Of a stretch of 64,000 bases of DNA, positions 39,160 to 52,590 are shown one piece after another. Position 1 is the first letter of the stretch, and every line of letters starts with the position of its first letter. The notes below the pieces were generated by a model. That model worked only from the letters and a program-made list of their open reading frames with translations. It had not been told where the DNA came from and did not search any database. The DNA is from Podarcis vaucheri (taxonomy: Eukaryota), in NCBI GenBank assembly GCA_965113315.1, contig OZ220365.1; one strand, written 5' to 3'. Position numbers and translations under genes: made by a program.

Positions 39160-39655
39160 TATGGTGAAATAGAGCACACCAAATCCCAAGGCAATTTGCA
39201 CCACTGTTTAACAACTCTTACAGTTGGGAAATGTCTCCTAATTTTTAGCCAGCAAATCCTTGTCTGCAATTTCCATCTACTGGCAGCAGTCATGTCTTCT
39301 GGGGCAACAGATAACAAGTCTGTTCTATCTTCTGCATGTCTTGCTTTAATATTCTGATCTCCGGGGTAGATATATCCAGCTCTTTCAATCATTTCTCATT
39401 GTTTCCATGCCTATTACTATCCTGTGGACATGCTCTAGTTTGTAATGTCCTTCTTAAAATGTTGCACCCAGAACTGGACACAGTAGATCAGATGTGCCCT
39501 GTGCTTCACTCTGACCATTACTGAACAGAGTGGAGCTGTTATTCCCCATGATCTATATTCTATATTTATGTTAATGCAAACTAATAGTGGATTTGCTTCT
39601 TTTGTAGCTATGCACTGGCTTGTTTTCAGGTTGTGGTCCACCAAGACACCCTTTA
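39160..39655 (-). mobile_element. CR1 LINE ORF2 C-terminal relic
   Basis: Minus-strand ORFs give YCVQFWVQHFKKDI and IRRHFPTVRVVKQWCKLP, matching the CR1 ORF2 motifs YCVQFWAP.FKKD and IRKNFFTVRVV..WNRLP. Confidence 0.85.
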
Positions 39656-42600
39656 ATGTTTTGGCCCTAAATGCAGGAAATTATCTGTGTAAAATTTCAT
39701 TTTGTTGGTTGCGGTCCAGTGTTACCGCTAGTCAATATCTCTGTTATGTTGTTTGGTCCTGGCTGTTATTTCTGACAGCGGTTCCTTGTGTTGCATTGCT
39801 GCTTCACTGGGTCTAGTGGGCAGCTAGTGAAGCAAGTTCTAGAAAGTGAGGATCAAAAATTATGCTGTGCACATTTAGCTTTCTACATAGCTTTCTGGAC
39901 TGGGGTCATATGTATTTGAACTGCCTCTAGGTGGATAAATTTGGTGGCCAATCAGTATATTGGTGACTAATAATTAGCACAGAAAAGCAAGAGAATTTAT
40001 TTAAAGAAGGTTTAAGAAACAGGAAGAAGTGGAACTAAGGTTTCTCTAATGATATACATCCATACTTAGTCATCTGCTACATAATCAATATTATCAATAA
40101 TATCTTGAGGCTTGTCCTTCTAGTAACACTTCTAATTGCTTAAATACTCTCTACTATGCTGCTTTAATTAGTATATCCAACCATCTATTTTTAATGCCCC
40201 TAAAAGAAATATGGCAATCAGAAATGTCTTTTGGGTGTGCATTACTTTAAAGGAACCATTTTCAAATAGAATTAAATGCTCAAACCTGTTTCACCTATAA
40301 AATAAAGATTCTTAGAAAAACAATAATTCAGTCACATAAAGATTTGTTATCTAAAGAAATGGCCAACTTAGAAATAGATTAGCTATTTAAGACTAATTTG
40401 GCCATATGTCTAATGGGTATGGTTCATAAACCTACACATAAAAAGCTTTGAAATGGAGAGTGGATGGTAAAATTACCCCAGGTTTTATCTTCTTTAGTTT
40501 GACTATTTAAATAGCTAACTCTTTCCTAACCTGACTGCTGTAAAAAATATTATCACATAGCCAAGAAGGGCTTGCTGCCTTTGAAAGAGAACAGAAATTT
40601 TGTTGGTGTATTGTCCAACAGCTTCCCTAACCTGAGCTGATGGAGGTGGTCTTAGCAGTGGTTTTTTGGTTACCTTTTCAAGTTCAGTGCTGGACTTCAT
40701 GATAACTAAGGCATTCATGAGTCTTTTTCTATAAGGTGGGTCCAGCACATGTGCTGGTCATACTCTTGTTATGTTTGTTGATTTGTTTTTATTTGCTATA
40801 GAACATTTCAGGAATGATCCAATCATAGATGGTTTCAAGTCACTCTATTGTCATGGACAGAACATTGATGAAGTTTGGATTGTTGTTCACAGTTTCTCTC
40901 TGCAGGGATGGAAAACTGACTAGGATGGTCCTGAAAACCTACAGAATCCCAAGGATTCCTGAATGCTTTGAGGGAATTTCTAATTGGCATGCCGGCAAAC
41001 ATGTTGGACTCTGATCTCATGGTGGAACAGTGAAGTGGAGGGACCATTGATAGGATCATTCTTGAGTGCCATATCCAATTAAGGGGCCTCAGATGGCTCC
41101 CTGGTTTGGAAGGAAGTAACAGGTGATGAAACAATCAAATGATGGCTCAGGTGGCTGAAATATTGCAGCAAATATGACTGAAGACAGCTAAGAATATATA
41201 ATATATGGTGATAGTGATGAAGATTGTCTATTTCTCTGCCACCATCTGAAGGCACATGCATTCCTTCATAGCTTTGGGGAAAACTGAGACAGAAACACAA
41301 TGTATGACACAGAGATGATAGTTGGATTCTGCTGTATTTTATGGTGTTTGAAGTTTTTTAAAAAAAATACTATGAGGATGAGAGAGAGAGAAGTATGTCT
41401 GCAGGAGATTGTCAGATGAAGGTCTAGAAATAAAAATAATAATTATGATGATAATAAATGCCGGCTTGAGCCCTGATTCAGAGGCAAGTCTTCCCCATTC
41501 AACACAATATTAGGGATGACTCAACACACTCCTTGTATGTGCAGAGCTGCTATTACAAATACTGAATTCCAGAGAAGGCTTTGCTCACTAAGTCCACTGG
41601 AGCTTTGGTGACCTAAATATTATTATAATGTTATCTTTTCATGAGTCATGACCCCAGAACCCAATGTTACCAAGGTGCCCAGTGTGGTTGTTAGGTCAAG
41701 CTCCTTTGGCTTTGCTCTTCATGTGACTATGCAAGATGCATGGCATAAAGGCATGAAGAGGAAGCAAACTTTGGTGCACTTCAGCTATCTTTATTAACTT
41801 GCTCTAGGTGTATTCTAATGCCTGACAATGCACCTGATATATTGTCTGTTGCCAATTTAAATATGTGTCTCTATCTGACCATCAATTTGACCTGGTAAAA
41901 TAAAAGTGTATTTCTAAAGAGCACAGTGATCAGTTGCTTTTTCCTTTTCTCAAAGATAAGACCTTCAACTCCAATCTTCTCCTAGTCTCAGTCTCATGCA
42001 AGATCACCTTTTTGTCACAAGCAACCCCTCCCCTCTGGGAACAAAGGCTTTTAAGTGTTTTTCTCCAAGAGACCATACTCTTGGATTTCTCCTAAGACAA
42101 ATTGCTCATCTATAATTAGCTCCCCTTCTGTACCTCCCCTTCCTGTCCCCTTTGCCTCCTCCTCATTGGTAATTTTCTTGTCTAGTTAGGATCCGAAGGG
42201 AGCATGAAACCACGTGTAGCATTTTTTCAATTTCCCAACTTTTGTTCTATTTTGGGAGTGTTCTGAAAATGCTAGCTCTGAACCATACATGGTTCCCTGA
42301 GTGAAGGACAGCCTGCCAGTAATGAGAGGCAGACTGTGGCTTATGTCCAGCAACTCACGCCGAAACACTTCAAGAATCCCAGTATAAAACCATGACTGAG
42401 ATTCTCAGGTCACTATGAAACTCAAGAAATCCACTCCTGGTCCTTTAGTCAGAACACGTAATTGTCAGCACTCATCCCCAGGGGTGCACTCCTTCATCGT
42501 CTCCCAAGACTGATGGATGCCAATCAACCACTCTTCTGATCCTCTGTCTCCTCCATTTCCCCATTTTTCATGTCCTTTCTGCTCTCATGTGTTCTTAACT

Positions 42601-44775
42601 AGCGTCATTTGCATTTGATTCCCCCCCCCAATTGCATTGAGGTCTTTGTTGCAGCCTGCCAGATTCCTAGCACCCCTCCCAGACCCTTATATAGTAAACA
42701 TAAATATTCCCCACCTCTGTCTATCTCTACTTCTGTCATAGCAACATTCAAACCATAAGCTGTTGGTCCAGACAGAGTGGGATGAAGGAAATATATCCTT
42801 GTGTATTGTCTCAGCAAATGATTTTATTCTCTGGAATCATTCTGGCGATTCAAGTCACATGGCTGAACAGTGCTGTGCAGTAATAAACAAATTTCTTTTG
42901 AACCCACATTGGGAACCCACAAATCTGGGCTCAAGATCTTGAAATATCACACTTGTATGGCAACACGTGTTTGCATGCATGTTAATCTGTAACGTGTGAT
43001 CAGGGACATGGGTAGACTTGCTGACACTGAACACTCCTCTCCCTGAGAAAAAAACTTCTGCAACATGAAAATTGTTCCAGTGATATAAATTCATATTAAA
43101 TAGGCTGTGAACTAGGCAGCTAGAAATCCATGTCGGGCAGTCAATATTACACACCATTCTCTTACAAATTTGTGGAAACATGCTGCACGGTTGCACATCC
43201 TGTTCCCTGTTGTATATATCTAGGTCATAGCTACTCCCTTGATCAACACTGTATATGAATCATGTAATTAAATGGTCATGATGGTCCACAGTGTAAAAAC
43301 TGGTAAAGATTTACAGTAGCTGTTAAAAGGCTCAGTCAATTACCTACCATCAAATGTTTTATTTGCCTGGGGGTTGCTGGTTTTTTTTACACCTAACCTC
43401 AAGAATCAAGTAAGCAAAGAGAGGCTTATTTTCAGTAACATATTTACACCTTCAGCCTCTGTGGTTTTTTTACGTTGGGATAAGATCAGAAATAAGCCAC
43501 CAATGTTTTATTTAAAAAGAAAAGCTTCTTTTTGCAGGGGAAGTTAAGGAAACATAAGAGATGTCAGGCCTTATTCCTGAGAAGGTTAGTATTTTACAGA
43601 TACAAATGTAACAATGTCCTTCCCATACAGACAGCTGAAAATGATTTAAGGGTGAAAGCCAATTGTTGCCCTTGTGCTTTGCAGCCAGTGAAGCTGTTTG
43701 CTGATGATGGAAGAGGACAGGAGGGATTCCCCCCTCCCCCGATTCCCCCTACCACATACAGGGCTCCATGAAAATAAGCTCCTGGGAGCTGAGGGACTGT
43801 CCAAAACAGGGGGAAAGGAGAATAAGCAAAGAATTCTGCCCATCCTCTTCCATTTGAATCCCACCCACCTTTTTCAATTTGCTTATGATATGGAGGATTT
43901 CAGCTACATTGTAAGATGCCACACCATGCAACCAGAGCTAGAGATATTCAGTTCTGATACAGAGTCTCAATGTAATCTGACCATCTATGTGAGGTGGATT
44001 TCAAACAATACTGTTCACTGTGTGGTACCATATGGAAATGTTTTCCAAAGGCCTTGGTATGTTTAAATGGAGATGGAGGTGGTGTGCTTCACTGTCTGAA
44101 GTGGCTCTGTTTCTGATTACGTCATATGTGAGCAATAAACAAGTATGTTTCTGTATTTATTTATGTATTCATTAGGAATACTTACAAACCACTAAACATC
44201 ACAGTAATGCTACAGTGCTGTATAACAATAAAAACTATACAAGTAAAACAAAGATTAAGAAAAGTTCTCAAATATCATTAAATACTGTCTGCAGGTATGG
44301 TTATGGAAACCCAGTAAAAATAAAGACATTTTAAAGCATCTAACAAAATACTTTGACTATAAGTTTTATCCGAAGATCAGCATTCTTGATTGGTACAAAC
44401 AACTCAGTATGCAGCTCCAAACAGATACTTCTCATATGTCATGACAGTGTCACCTTCTGTGATGGATAATGCTACCAATACAAATTTGGGTAGAAGGTGT
44501 TCTGCTGTTTGTCCCACATAGATTAGCAGACTAATACATTATTTAGTGTTTCCATAGTGTTCGCTTTCTAGATATTTTAAGAATGCCCTCATGTCTGGCC
44601 AAGACTTCAGAGCCATGTTTTCTAGACATCATCAGCATACAGAGGACTTTTGGTGGCCCATAAATGTCTGATTTGTAGTGAAATGAGGAAATTCAAGGTC
44701 TTGGATGCATCATTGTGGATGTTGCTTGTGTTTCTGATTAAGACAATATTTTCTGCAGGGCAGCAGACATAAATT

Positions 44776-45103
44776 AAAGGTAAAGGTAAAGGGACCCCTG
44801 ACCATTAGGTCCAGTCGTGGCCGACTCTGGGGTTGTGGCGCTCATCTCGCTTTATTGGCTGAGGGAGCCGGCGTACAGCTTCCGGGTCATGTGGCCAGCA
44901 TGAATAAGCCACTTCTGGCGAACCAGAGCAGCAAACGGAACTGCCGTTTACCTTCCTGCCAGAGTGGCACTTGACATACTTTCAGACTGCTTGATTGGCA
45001 GGAGCTGGGACCGAGGAATGGGAGCTCACCCCGTCGTGGGGATTCGAACCACCAACCTTCTGATCGGCAAGTCCTAGGCTCTGTGGTTTAACCCACAGCG
45101 CCA
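44776..45103 (-). mobile_element. Sauria SINE with small internal deletions
   Basis: Colinear with the other copies; (ACCTTT)n tail; no clear TSD. Confidence 0.9.
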
Positions 45104-48100
45104 TATTGACAAAACAAAGAATAGAAATATGCTTCCCAAAATTCCAGATGTACCATGCACTTGACCTCCCAGCAGCGGAGTCGCTTCCAGTTACCAGCAG
45201 GGATAGGGGCGAGGCAGTGAGGAGGTCAGTGCTGTGCAAGCACATTGGCAGAGACAATCCAGCACTCCTGACACTGCCACCTTGTGCCAGTAAGTGGCAG
45301 AAGGATAGCATGGGAAGTTGTATTGAAAGCTTCTGGGAGGTCCAGGATAATGGCAAAGGTCTGAACCCTGATTGAAATATATCAAGAAAATCAGTATCAG
45401 TTTGCAGGAAAGCACCTGCTTGAACATTTTATCTAGGAAGATAAATGTTAAGCACTGGCTGAAGATGTAACTCACACCGTCCAGATCCCCAGCAGGTTTC
45501 TTTATGACTTGTCATTCCATGGCCTCCTTTAAATAGTCAGGATCACCCCTTGGACCCAGCTGGGCACTTTTCGTATGTTTTAACCTAAACTAATGATTCA
45601 TGCAGTAAGTCTTAAACCATTACATTATTTAGATTTGACAACACCTAAGCCCTGACCCTGGCACTCCTTGTGGCCTTATGACAAGCTCTGCAAAATGCTT
45701 CTGAATAGGAGAGTGTTTGTCAGACTATGTCCAAAGGATCACTCGGTTCCTGCATGAGAAGTAACAGCAGACAGTCATGGCTGCCACAGTTTCCCAGGGC
45801 AATTTGCCTGCTTCAACCAATCTTCACTTGTAATGTCAGCTGCCATGGAAAGTTAGGCATATGAGATGACTTTAAGTTCTTCTGGAATGAAAGTAGGGAT
45901 TGTGGCCAGTGCTCCATGTGAATTGAACTTCCAGCCTACAATATTTCCCTGTCTCCAGAGCCCACTGCAATCCATATGTATTCCATGGTGCACGTTTAGG
46001 GGTTGGAAAGCAGAAAAGTTGACTCGGAAATGGTTCCTTTGGAATATGTTTACAAACCATGGACTAGTGAATGCTAGTCAGTGTGGTTGGTTTTACAACA
46101 CGTTTGCAAGAAAGAAAGGCATACTATATAGCACTTTTATAAACTGAATTCATATTGATTTTCTGGAAACAATTGGCACAGTATTCTGCTTTGTATAACA
46201 ATGGATATGTGCAAATGCCCCCATGTATGAATACATATAAAAATAAATTCTGCCATTGCCTTCTTATAACTGAAATATTCTGTTTTTTAAAAAACCAAGC
46301 CATCCTGCTCTTCACTGCTCCTGGGGTGAAAAGTATAATTTGTTGGAGGCCATTAGACTTAGACACCATTCACACAATAATGATTTTTATAATTACGTAT
46401 AGAAAAGATTGTGAATCCTTTTTAAGTACAATGAGCTGCTAATTATTCTGAGCCTGCGGAAAGAACAATAGATTAAACAATTTGTCTTTTAAAGCTTACA
46501 GTGCTGTATTTGGTAGATATAGTGGTTGATAAGGAAAATACTTTTAAAACACAAATCATGCAGTATTTAATGCTTCTTTGAAAACTGCTGTCTTCATGTT
46601 AATTATAATGGATCTTAAAAATGTAGATTGTATTTGAAAATATCATTTAAGATTTTACTGACAGCATACTTTTAAAGTGTATTTTCTACTGTTGCCTGAG
46701 AGGGCCAGCAACAGAAAGATTTATGCAACATTATTTACATACATTTTTTGCAATTCCTTTTTAACAGTTAAATAATAGGAACAATTTTATATAATAAACA
46801 GCTGGTAAACCTGCACTTCAGGGCACTGAATTCATCTAAACTTAACATCCCTGCAAAGTGATTTATACATTTATTTTCTTTTATAATAACACTGAATGGT
46901 CTTTGCTACTTCAAACTGATTGCCAAAGGACAGTTAGTTCTCACCCAAACTGTGGCAAAAATAACAAGGGTGCTGAAATTTGAGCTTTTCAGAAGGATAT
47001 AGAAACATGCAATTTACACTTGTCCCTTTTAACACTGTGCTTACTGTAGCTACTCTGGCCAAATTGCCTTTTACAAGGAGAGCTATTTTTGTTCTTACAT
47101 CATAGGCTGTATTGTAGCTCTACATGAATTACAAAACCCATAATCTTTATTTTCAAAATGATGGCACCACTTTTCTTCAGTTACTGTATTTACTGAATTT
47201 TAAGTTATAGCTGAGATTGCAGAGCATATTACAGTTCTCCAAATGGAAGAATTTCATTTGCAATTAAAGTTTTTGAAGTCTTTAATGCATCTGTCAGAAT
47301 GAATGACAGACTCATTCAAGGTTCCTCTTCAATATAGGTGAAATAAAAATTGTCACAGCAGGGTTCTTTTGGGATGGGTGGGTGGAAATTAAGGTTATCT
47401 GCAAACTTGGCCAAGGTATTCTGAAACTTTTGAAATTAAGTGCTTGCCATTGCCCTATACAAATGTGATATCAGTTTGGAAGTATTTATTATGTATCATT
47501 TATTTCATAATTAATGCCAGGTATAGGTTCATCATTAGTACCATATTGGTCGACCAACTCCAGAATTCTTTTGATATATTTGTTCAGGTGAAAATTTAAT
47601 TTCCTTTTATCACATAAATTTTGTTTGTTGTTTTTAATGTTATAGGGTAATAAACATCATAGTACTTGGGTTTCCTATGAAAACATTTGTGCTTGGGGGT
47701 CACTGAGGAAACTGAGATCCACGGAGAAGGGAGTGAAAGTATACCATGACTAATTTAAGGTCCCTGATGTCTTCAAATCTGGAAATGTACAGTTTGGTAG
47801 AGGCTGCACATATTAAGTCCTTCTTGTACCAGGGTATCATTGACTATGATGGATATAGAGTGCTGGCATCTTTATGCAATTAATGTTCACACAAAACCAT
47901 GGTAGGAAAAAAAGGTTTAAGATTCCCTTCCCTATGTGATATGGCTTTTACCTGCTCATGCCTGCTAAGATTTTCTTTTTAACCTGATGTATTTGCAAGT
48001 AATGCATTTAATGTCACATCTAGTTAGTGGCATAGATGTTCAAGAAAAAGAACCCACTTCAGTATATAAATCTGAGATGTGGGCTCTGGATCATGAAAGC

Positions 48101-48249
48101 ATAGATTTTAAGGGTCTGTACGACTATTGCTTTTTGTAGCAACAGAAACACACAGTTATGTTTCTGGAATTTAAGAATTAAATGGTGTTTCTATCCTAGT
48201 GGTACAGCAATAAAGCTGTTGGCATATTTGCAAAGCTGGATGGGGGGAC

Positions 48250-48330
48250 CGTGTGTTGAGATTCCTGTATTGCAGCAGGTTGGACTCGATGACCCTCAAG
48301 AACTCTTCCAATTCTACAATTCTATGATAT
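48250..48330 (+). mobile_element. CR1 3' terminal fragment
   Basis: gagattcctgtattgcagcaggttggactcgatgaccctc..cttccaattctacaattctatgat. Confidence 0.75.
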
Positions 48331-51300
48331 TTTTTAGTATTCTTATTGAGAAGCTTTTCTTTTTCGGAAACTTAGCATGGTCCAATGCCACTATTCCTTC
48401 CAGAATATTTGTGGCTCACACGTATTTATGAGATGTTAGTGTTGCAGCACATTTAATGTGATAGTATTAAATGTTCATATTTAAAACAAAATCAAAAGTA
48501 CTTCTGAGACTGTGGGCTGAACACTCATAGACAGGGCACGCTTGTAATGTGATGGAAGTAACATTGCTTAAGTTACAAGTGGTCTTTTCCAGATTCCAAA
48601 GAATGAAAAACTACCTTTCATGTCAGATTTGTCTATGACCAAAAAGGTACTGATGTTTCCATAGTGAAAATAGCAAGTGGTTTATTCATAGGCTCCTTTT
48701 GTACCTTTGCTCAGTTGAATTCCAGATGCACCAAAGCCAACCATTTCTTCCCTCCTCTTGTTTGCCCCCTTGGACTGTTAATCTGATTTGTTGATATTGT
48801 TGACAGGTTGCAATATGAGAGAGGGAAATAAAAATGAAATCATTTTCAGAGCTTGATAGAATAATACAACGAGGCATAGTATTAGTCACAAGGAACATTT
48901 ATTTCAGCACCAAGAAAATATATATTTTTTTTGTAGAAGATGGGGCTTGCGCAAGTATTTTGTCTTCTTTTTGTTAATATTCAGGTCACAATCAGAGACG
49001 GGAGGGAGGGATGGAGCCTAAGCACAATGCTGCTTTTGATTTTTCCGTCACTTAGATATTCATTAATAAACTGTATCTCTACCATTGCTCACTTCTCAAA
49101 ACTCACATAACATTTAGATGAGCCACAGCAGAGTCAGAAATGTAGACAGCTCTGTGCTCTATTCATAGTGGAAGAAGTAACAGGAGAAAAGAGGTAGAAT
49201 AATATTATGAACTCTGAAGAGAAACTATTTTATATTTCCCTGCATCATTTTCACTTTTCACCATTTCTTTAATTCAGAATTATTTAAATTAACTGTAAAA
49301 CAATGAACCTTTTTTTTCCAAATTAGCCCAAACAATATTGCTGTATATTTATTACTGTGTTGTATGCTTATTTCATTTTAAAAAGTAGTGTCTGATAAAA
49401 TTATTTCAATCCATCCCTCTGCCTCCTTTCCTGTTCCCCTTACTGCGAGAGCTATAATTCCCCCTTCAAAGTACAAAGAACTAGATCATATCAATCTTCT
49501 TATTGTCTTTGGAAAATCTAATCTGTGGGTCAATGTTGGCCAGCTTTATCTTAAAAATTATCCAGCTGCAATTTTCCTGACAATTCAGCTTCCTTAAACT
49601 AACCCCCTTTCCCTCCTCCCTACTTCATTTGATCAGGGAAGTCTAATTTGCAGCTGTCAGGAACTTGGATTGATATGCTACTTTAAAAAATGATTTAGTC
49701 ATGATTTACTCCAGTTTGGAACAGAAAGCAGCAATATATTACTATCCAAGGAGCCAGTAATCGAGTTGTAAACCTATGTATTTTTGCCCATAGATGAACT
49801 AGAGCAGTTTGTTATCCAAGACTGCATATGGCAGTTTCTCCATAGGCCACAAAAGCCACAACCAAACAATTTGAGTCGAATATTTTCTGTGTTGAAGGCA
49901 TGGAAGACTATAAATTTGAAGTTAAGGAATGAAAAAGAGAGAGAAGTAACATTCTCTGAAGACAAAAGGCAAGCTCTGAAACTATTTTTTTCTTTTAAAA
50001 AAATGGCCTGGAAAGCTCAGTGTTTCAGTGCATAATATATTTGCAAACTATTCAGGAACCACTTAATATAAACAAACAAGAAAGCTAACCACTGTTGCCA
50101 ACAGTGGGAATGTGGGACTTTTTTCCTATACAATGCAAGTAGTATATAATATCCTTCAGGTGAGCAACGGAGCTGCAAAAACCTTGATTACAAAGCTTGA
50201 AATGCTTTGTAATCATATTGTCAGATTTTCCTTGGCCGGGATCCAAACCTGTTGAAAAAGCTGTTCCACTCACACAGAGGGGCTTTTAAGCACTTCCCTT
50301 CAAGCCCAGCCCCAAAGCCCAATCCCAAGTGTGAGAAGGCTTCCAAACCACTACTTTATGTGTGGCTGCAATTGGATTTTCTCTCCCTGCACATTCTGAA
50401 GCACTTTCACTACTCATGCACAGGGGGTGGGAAGTATTGTGGTGGATCTGAATTGTGAATATTTTTTACCGTAAATGTCCACCTTTTCCCAGTGAGCATG
50501 AAATTACAGTCAACAGACCAGAAACAAGACCAAAAATTAACCATAGAACACACCAAAATTTGATATACAGGTAATGCACCAAAAAGTGTAAAAAGGAACA
50601 AAAGCTCAGTAGAATACAAAATAAGTAACCTCAGTTAAGTCCCTGGGACTAATTGCTCCAGTTTTGGTGGTTATTTGCTCCTTAATTATCACTGTCACAG
50701 ATAAAAAATATTAGCCTCTATCAATGTCTCCAATGGGTTTTTTGCTCCCAGCAAATATTTAACATGGAATTGAGCTAACCTTCCTGGTAATCTGGCCAAT
50801 AGAAGACCAATCATTTGCTGAAAAACTCCAGTGTAGAAATTGCAAAACAGAAGAAAGGACATGTTCCACACATTCCACCTTCGGGTTGTTTCTAGGGCAT
50901 ACCTCTAAGGAGAGAGAAAAATCAGCATAGCAACCCCAGAGCATTTGAAATGATGAAACATTCAATCTGGCCAGAGTAAAAGCTCTGCAGTATTTAGCTA
51001 CACATGAATTCCTAAAATAAGCAACTAACTGAAAAAGAACATTATAGGAAATGCTCAAGGAGCAATGTGAGCAGGTTATACATGTGAGCCAAAGGGTCCT
51101 GAAAGGAAATACCCTAGAATCTTTGTTTTACCAGAGCTAGTGCAGAATTAAATATCATTTGAAGAAGGAAAGAAGGATGCAACAAGATTTTTGGGCAATA
51201 GACTTAGTGTATACACTGTCATATCTATCCTTGGGTAAATATGGTAGCCACCAAGTTGGTATTTTAACGACAAAGATCTTGAACTAGTTTTAAGGCTGCC

Positions 51301-51731
51301 AACCAAGCTCTTATCTCAAAAGGACATCATCCTGTTTCCAGTAATATAGCTGCATTAGGAACACATCTTGGAATATGTAAAAGGACTTGTAAGAATTTAG
51401 CTCGAGCATCATTTAATTCCAACAACACTCCATTATTTCAAATAGGAGCTCCACAAAGCACTGAAATAACCACAGGAATAATATTGACACTCTATAGTGT
51501 AAAAAAAGCACACTAGCAGACTGGTTCATTGAAGTTTCCTGAGAAGCAAAGGATCTATGTGTAGCCCAAGAGATAAAATGATGGAATAGCGCCCCCAAAG
51601 TGAGCACGAAATGGATTGGATGCATCTGAACCACCAAAATCTACATCTTTTCAATTATATACCCAAATTGTCATGTGGTCATTGTTTCTACTCTCAGAGC
51701 TCACACTCAGCAGCAGCCCATCCTATTTCCC

Positions 51732-52132
51732 CAGGGTCATCTTTAGTATATGCGCTGCCGGGGCACAAAGATCCGCCCAGCACCCCCAAATTTAGTTTAG
51801 CCGCCCCCAAATTAACTTTTATTGAGCTTTTTTGGGAGGATGGAGGCCAAAGTTGTTGATTTTTTTTAAGAGGGGGCAAACTCAAGATTGTTGAGCTTTT
51901 TGGGGTGAGGAAAACCGCTGACTTGTAACAACGATGCAGCGGAAATGTCTGCTTTTGCTTCCTGACTCGTCGGGAATATTTGACGCTATGGAGTAACACA
52001 GAGACAGAGGAGGGGGGCGGGGACTTTTGCTCCATTGCTTTTCACTGCTGTCAATCGAGAGGGACCGGTATACAGTAGGTATAAGTCCCTGGTGCCCCGC
52101 ACCCCTTGCACCCCAGGGTAAAGACCGCCTTG
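51732..52132. mobile_element. hAT non-autonomous element (CAGGGCCGTCTTTA-like TIR)
   Basis: cagggtcatcttta ... taaagaccgccttg; TSD tatttccc / tatgtcac (6/8); ends shared with 56897-57560 in opposite orientation. Confidence 0.75.
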
Positions 52133-52440
52133 TATGTCACTATCTGAGTTGAAATGGGAATGTGCCGCCCCCTGCCTCCCCTGTGCCCCGCCCCCTCCAG
52201 TTCTGCCATGTGCTAGAACTCTGGGAGCATTCCGTGAGGCATTCCCCTTCACTGGGGAAGAAGTGGAAGTGTTCCATTGTGCAGTGGAAGTGGTGGTGGA
52301 GCAGAGAACACTCCCATTTTGCTTCAGGGAGTGTTTTGGAAGACAGTGTTAGCGGTAGGGTGGCCTGAGATGAGTGCTTCATCCTGCCACACTAGTTAGC
52401 CAGCTTTGCTCACAGTTCTATCTTCTGCTGGCTTTTCTCT

Positions 52441-52590
52441 TAAAGACCAACTACGGTAAGTTAGTTCTTGGTATGAGCTTTCGTGTGCATGCACACTTCT
52501 TCAGATACACTTCAGTTGGTCTTTAAGGTGCTACTGGAAGGATTTTTTTTATTTTGACTATGGCAGACCAACACGGCTACCTATCTGTAA
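52441..52590. mobile_element. Penelope-like element insertion with partially inverted structure
   Basis: 13-bp TSD ctggcttttctct (52428-52440, 52591-52603); inverted segment 52441-52510 followed by a forward segment; taaagaccaact / agttggtcttta inverted overlap. Confidence 0.8.
52471..52508 (-). ncRNA. Minimal type I hammerhead ribozyme motif
   Basis: Minus strand GUAU-CUGAAGA-A-GUGUG(CAUG)CACAC-GAAA-GC-UC-AUAC: helix I, core CUGANGA, helix II, GAAA, minimal helix III, CUC cleavage triplet. Confidence 0.8.

Noticed and set aside
40515-41134. Cluster of short ORFs with possible splice signals
   Set aside because: No recognisable homology and no consistent open exon frame.
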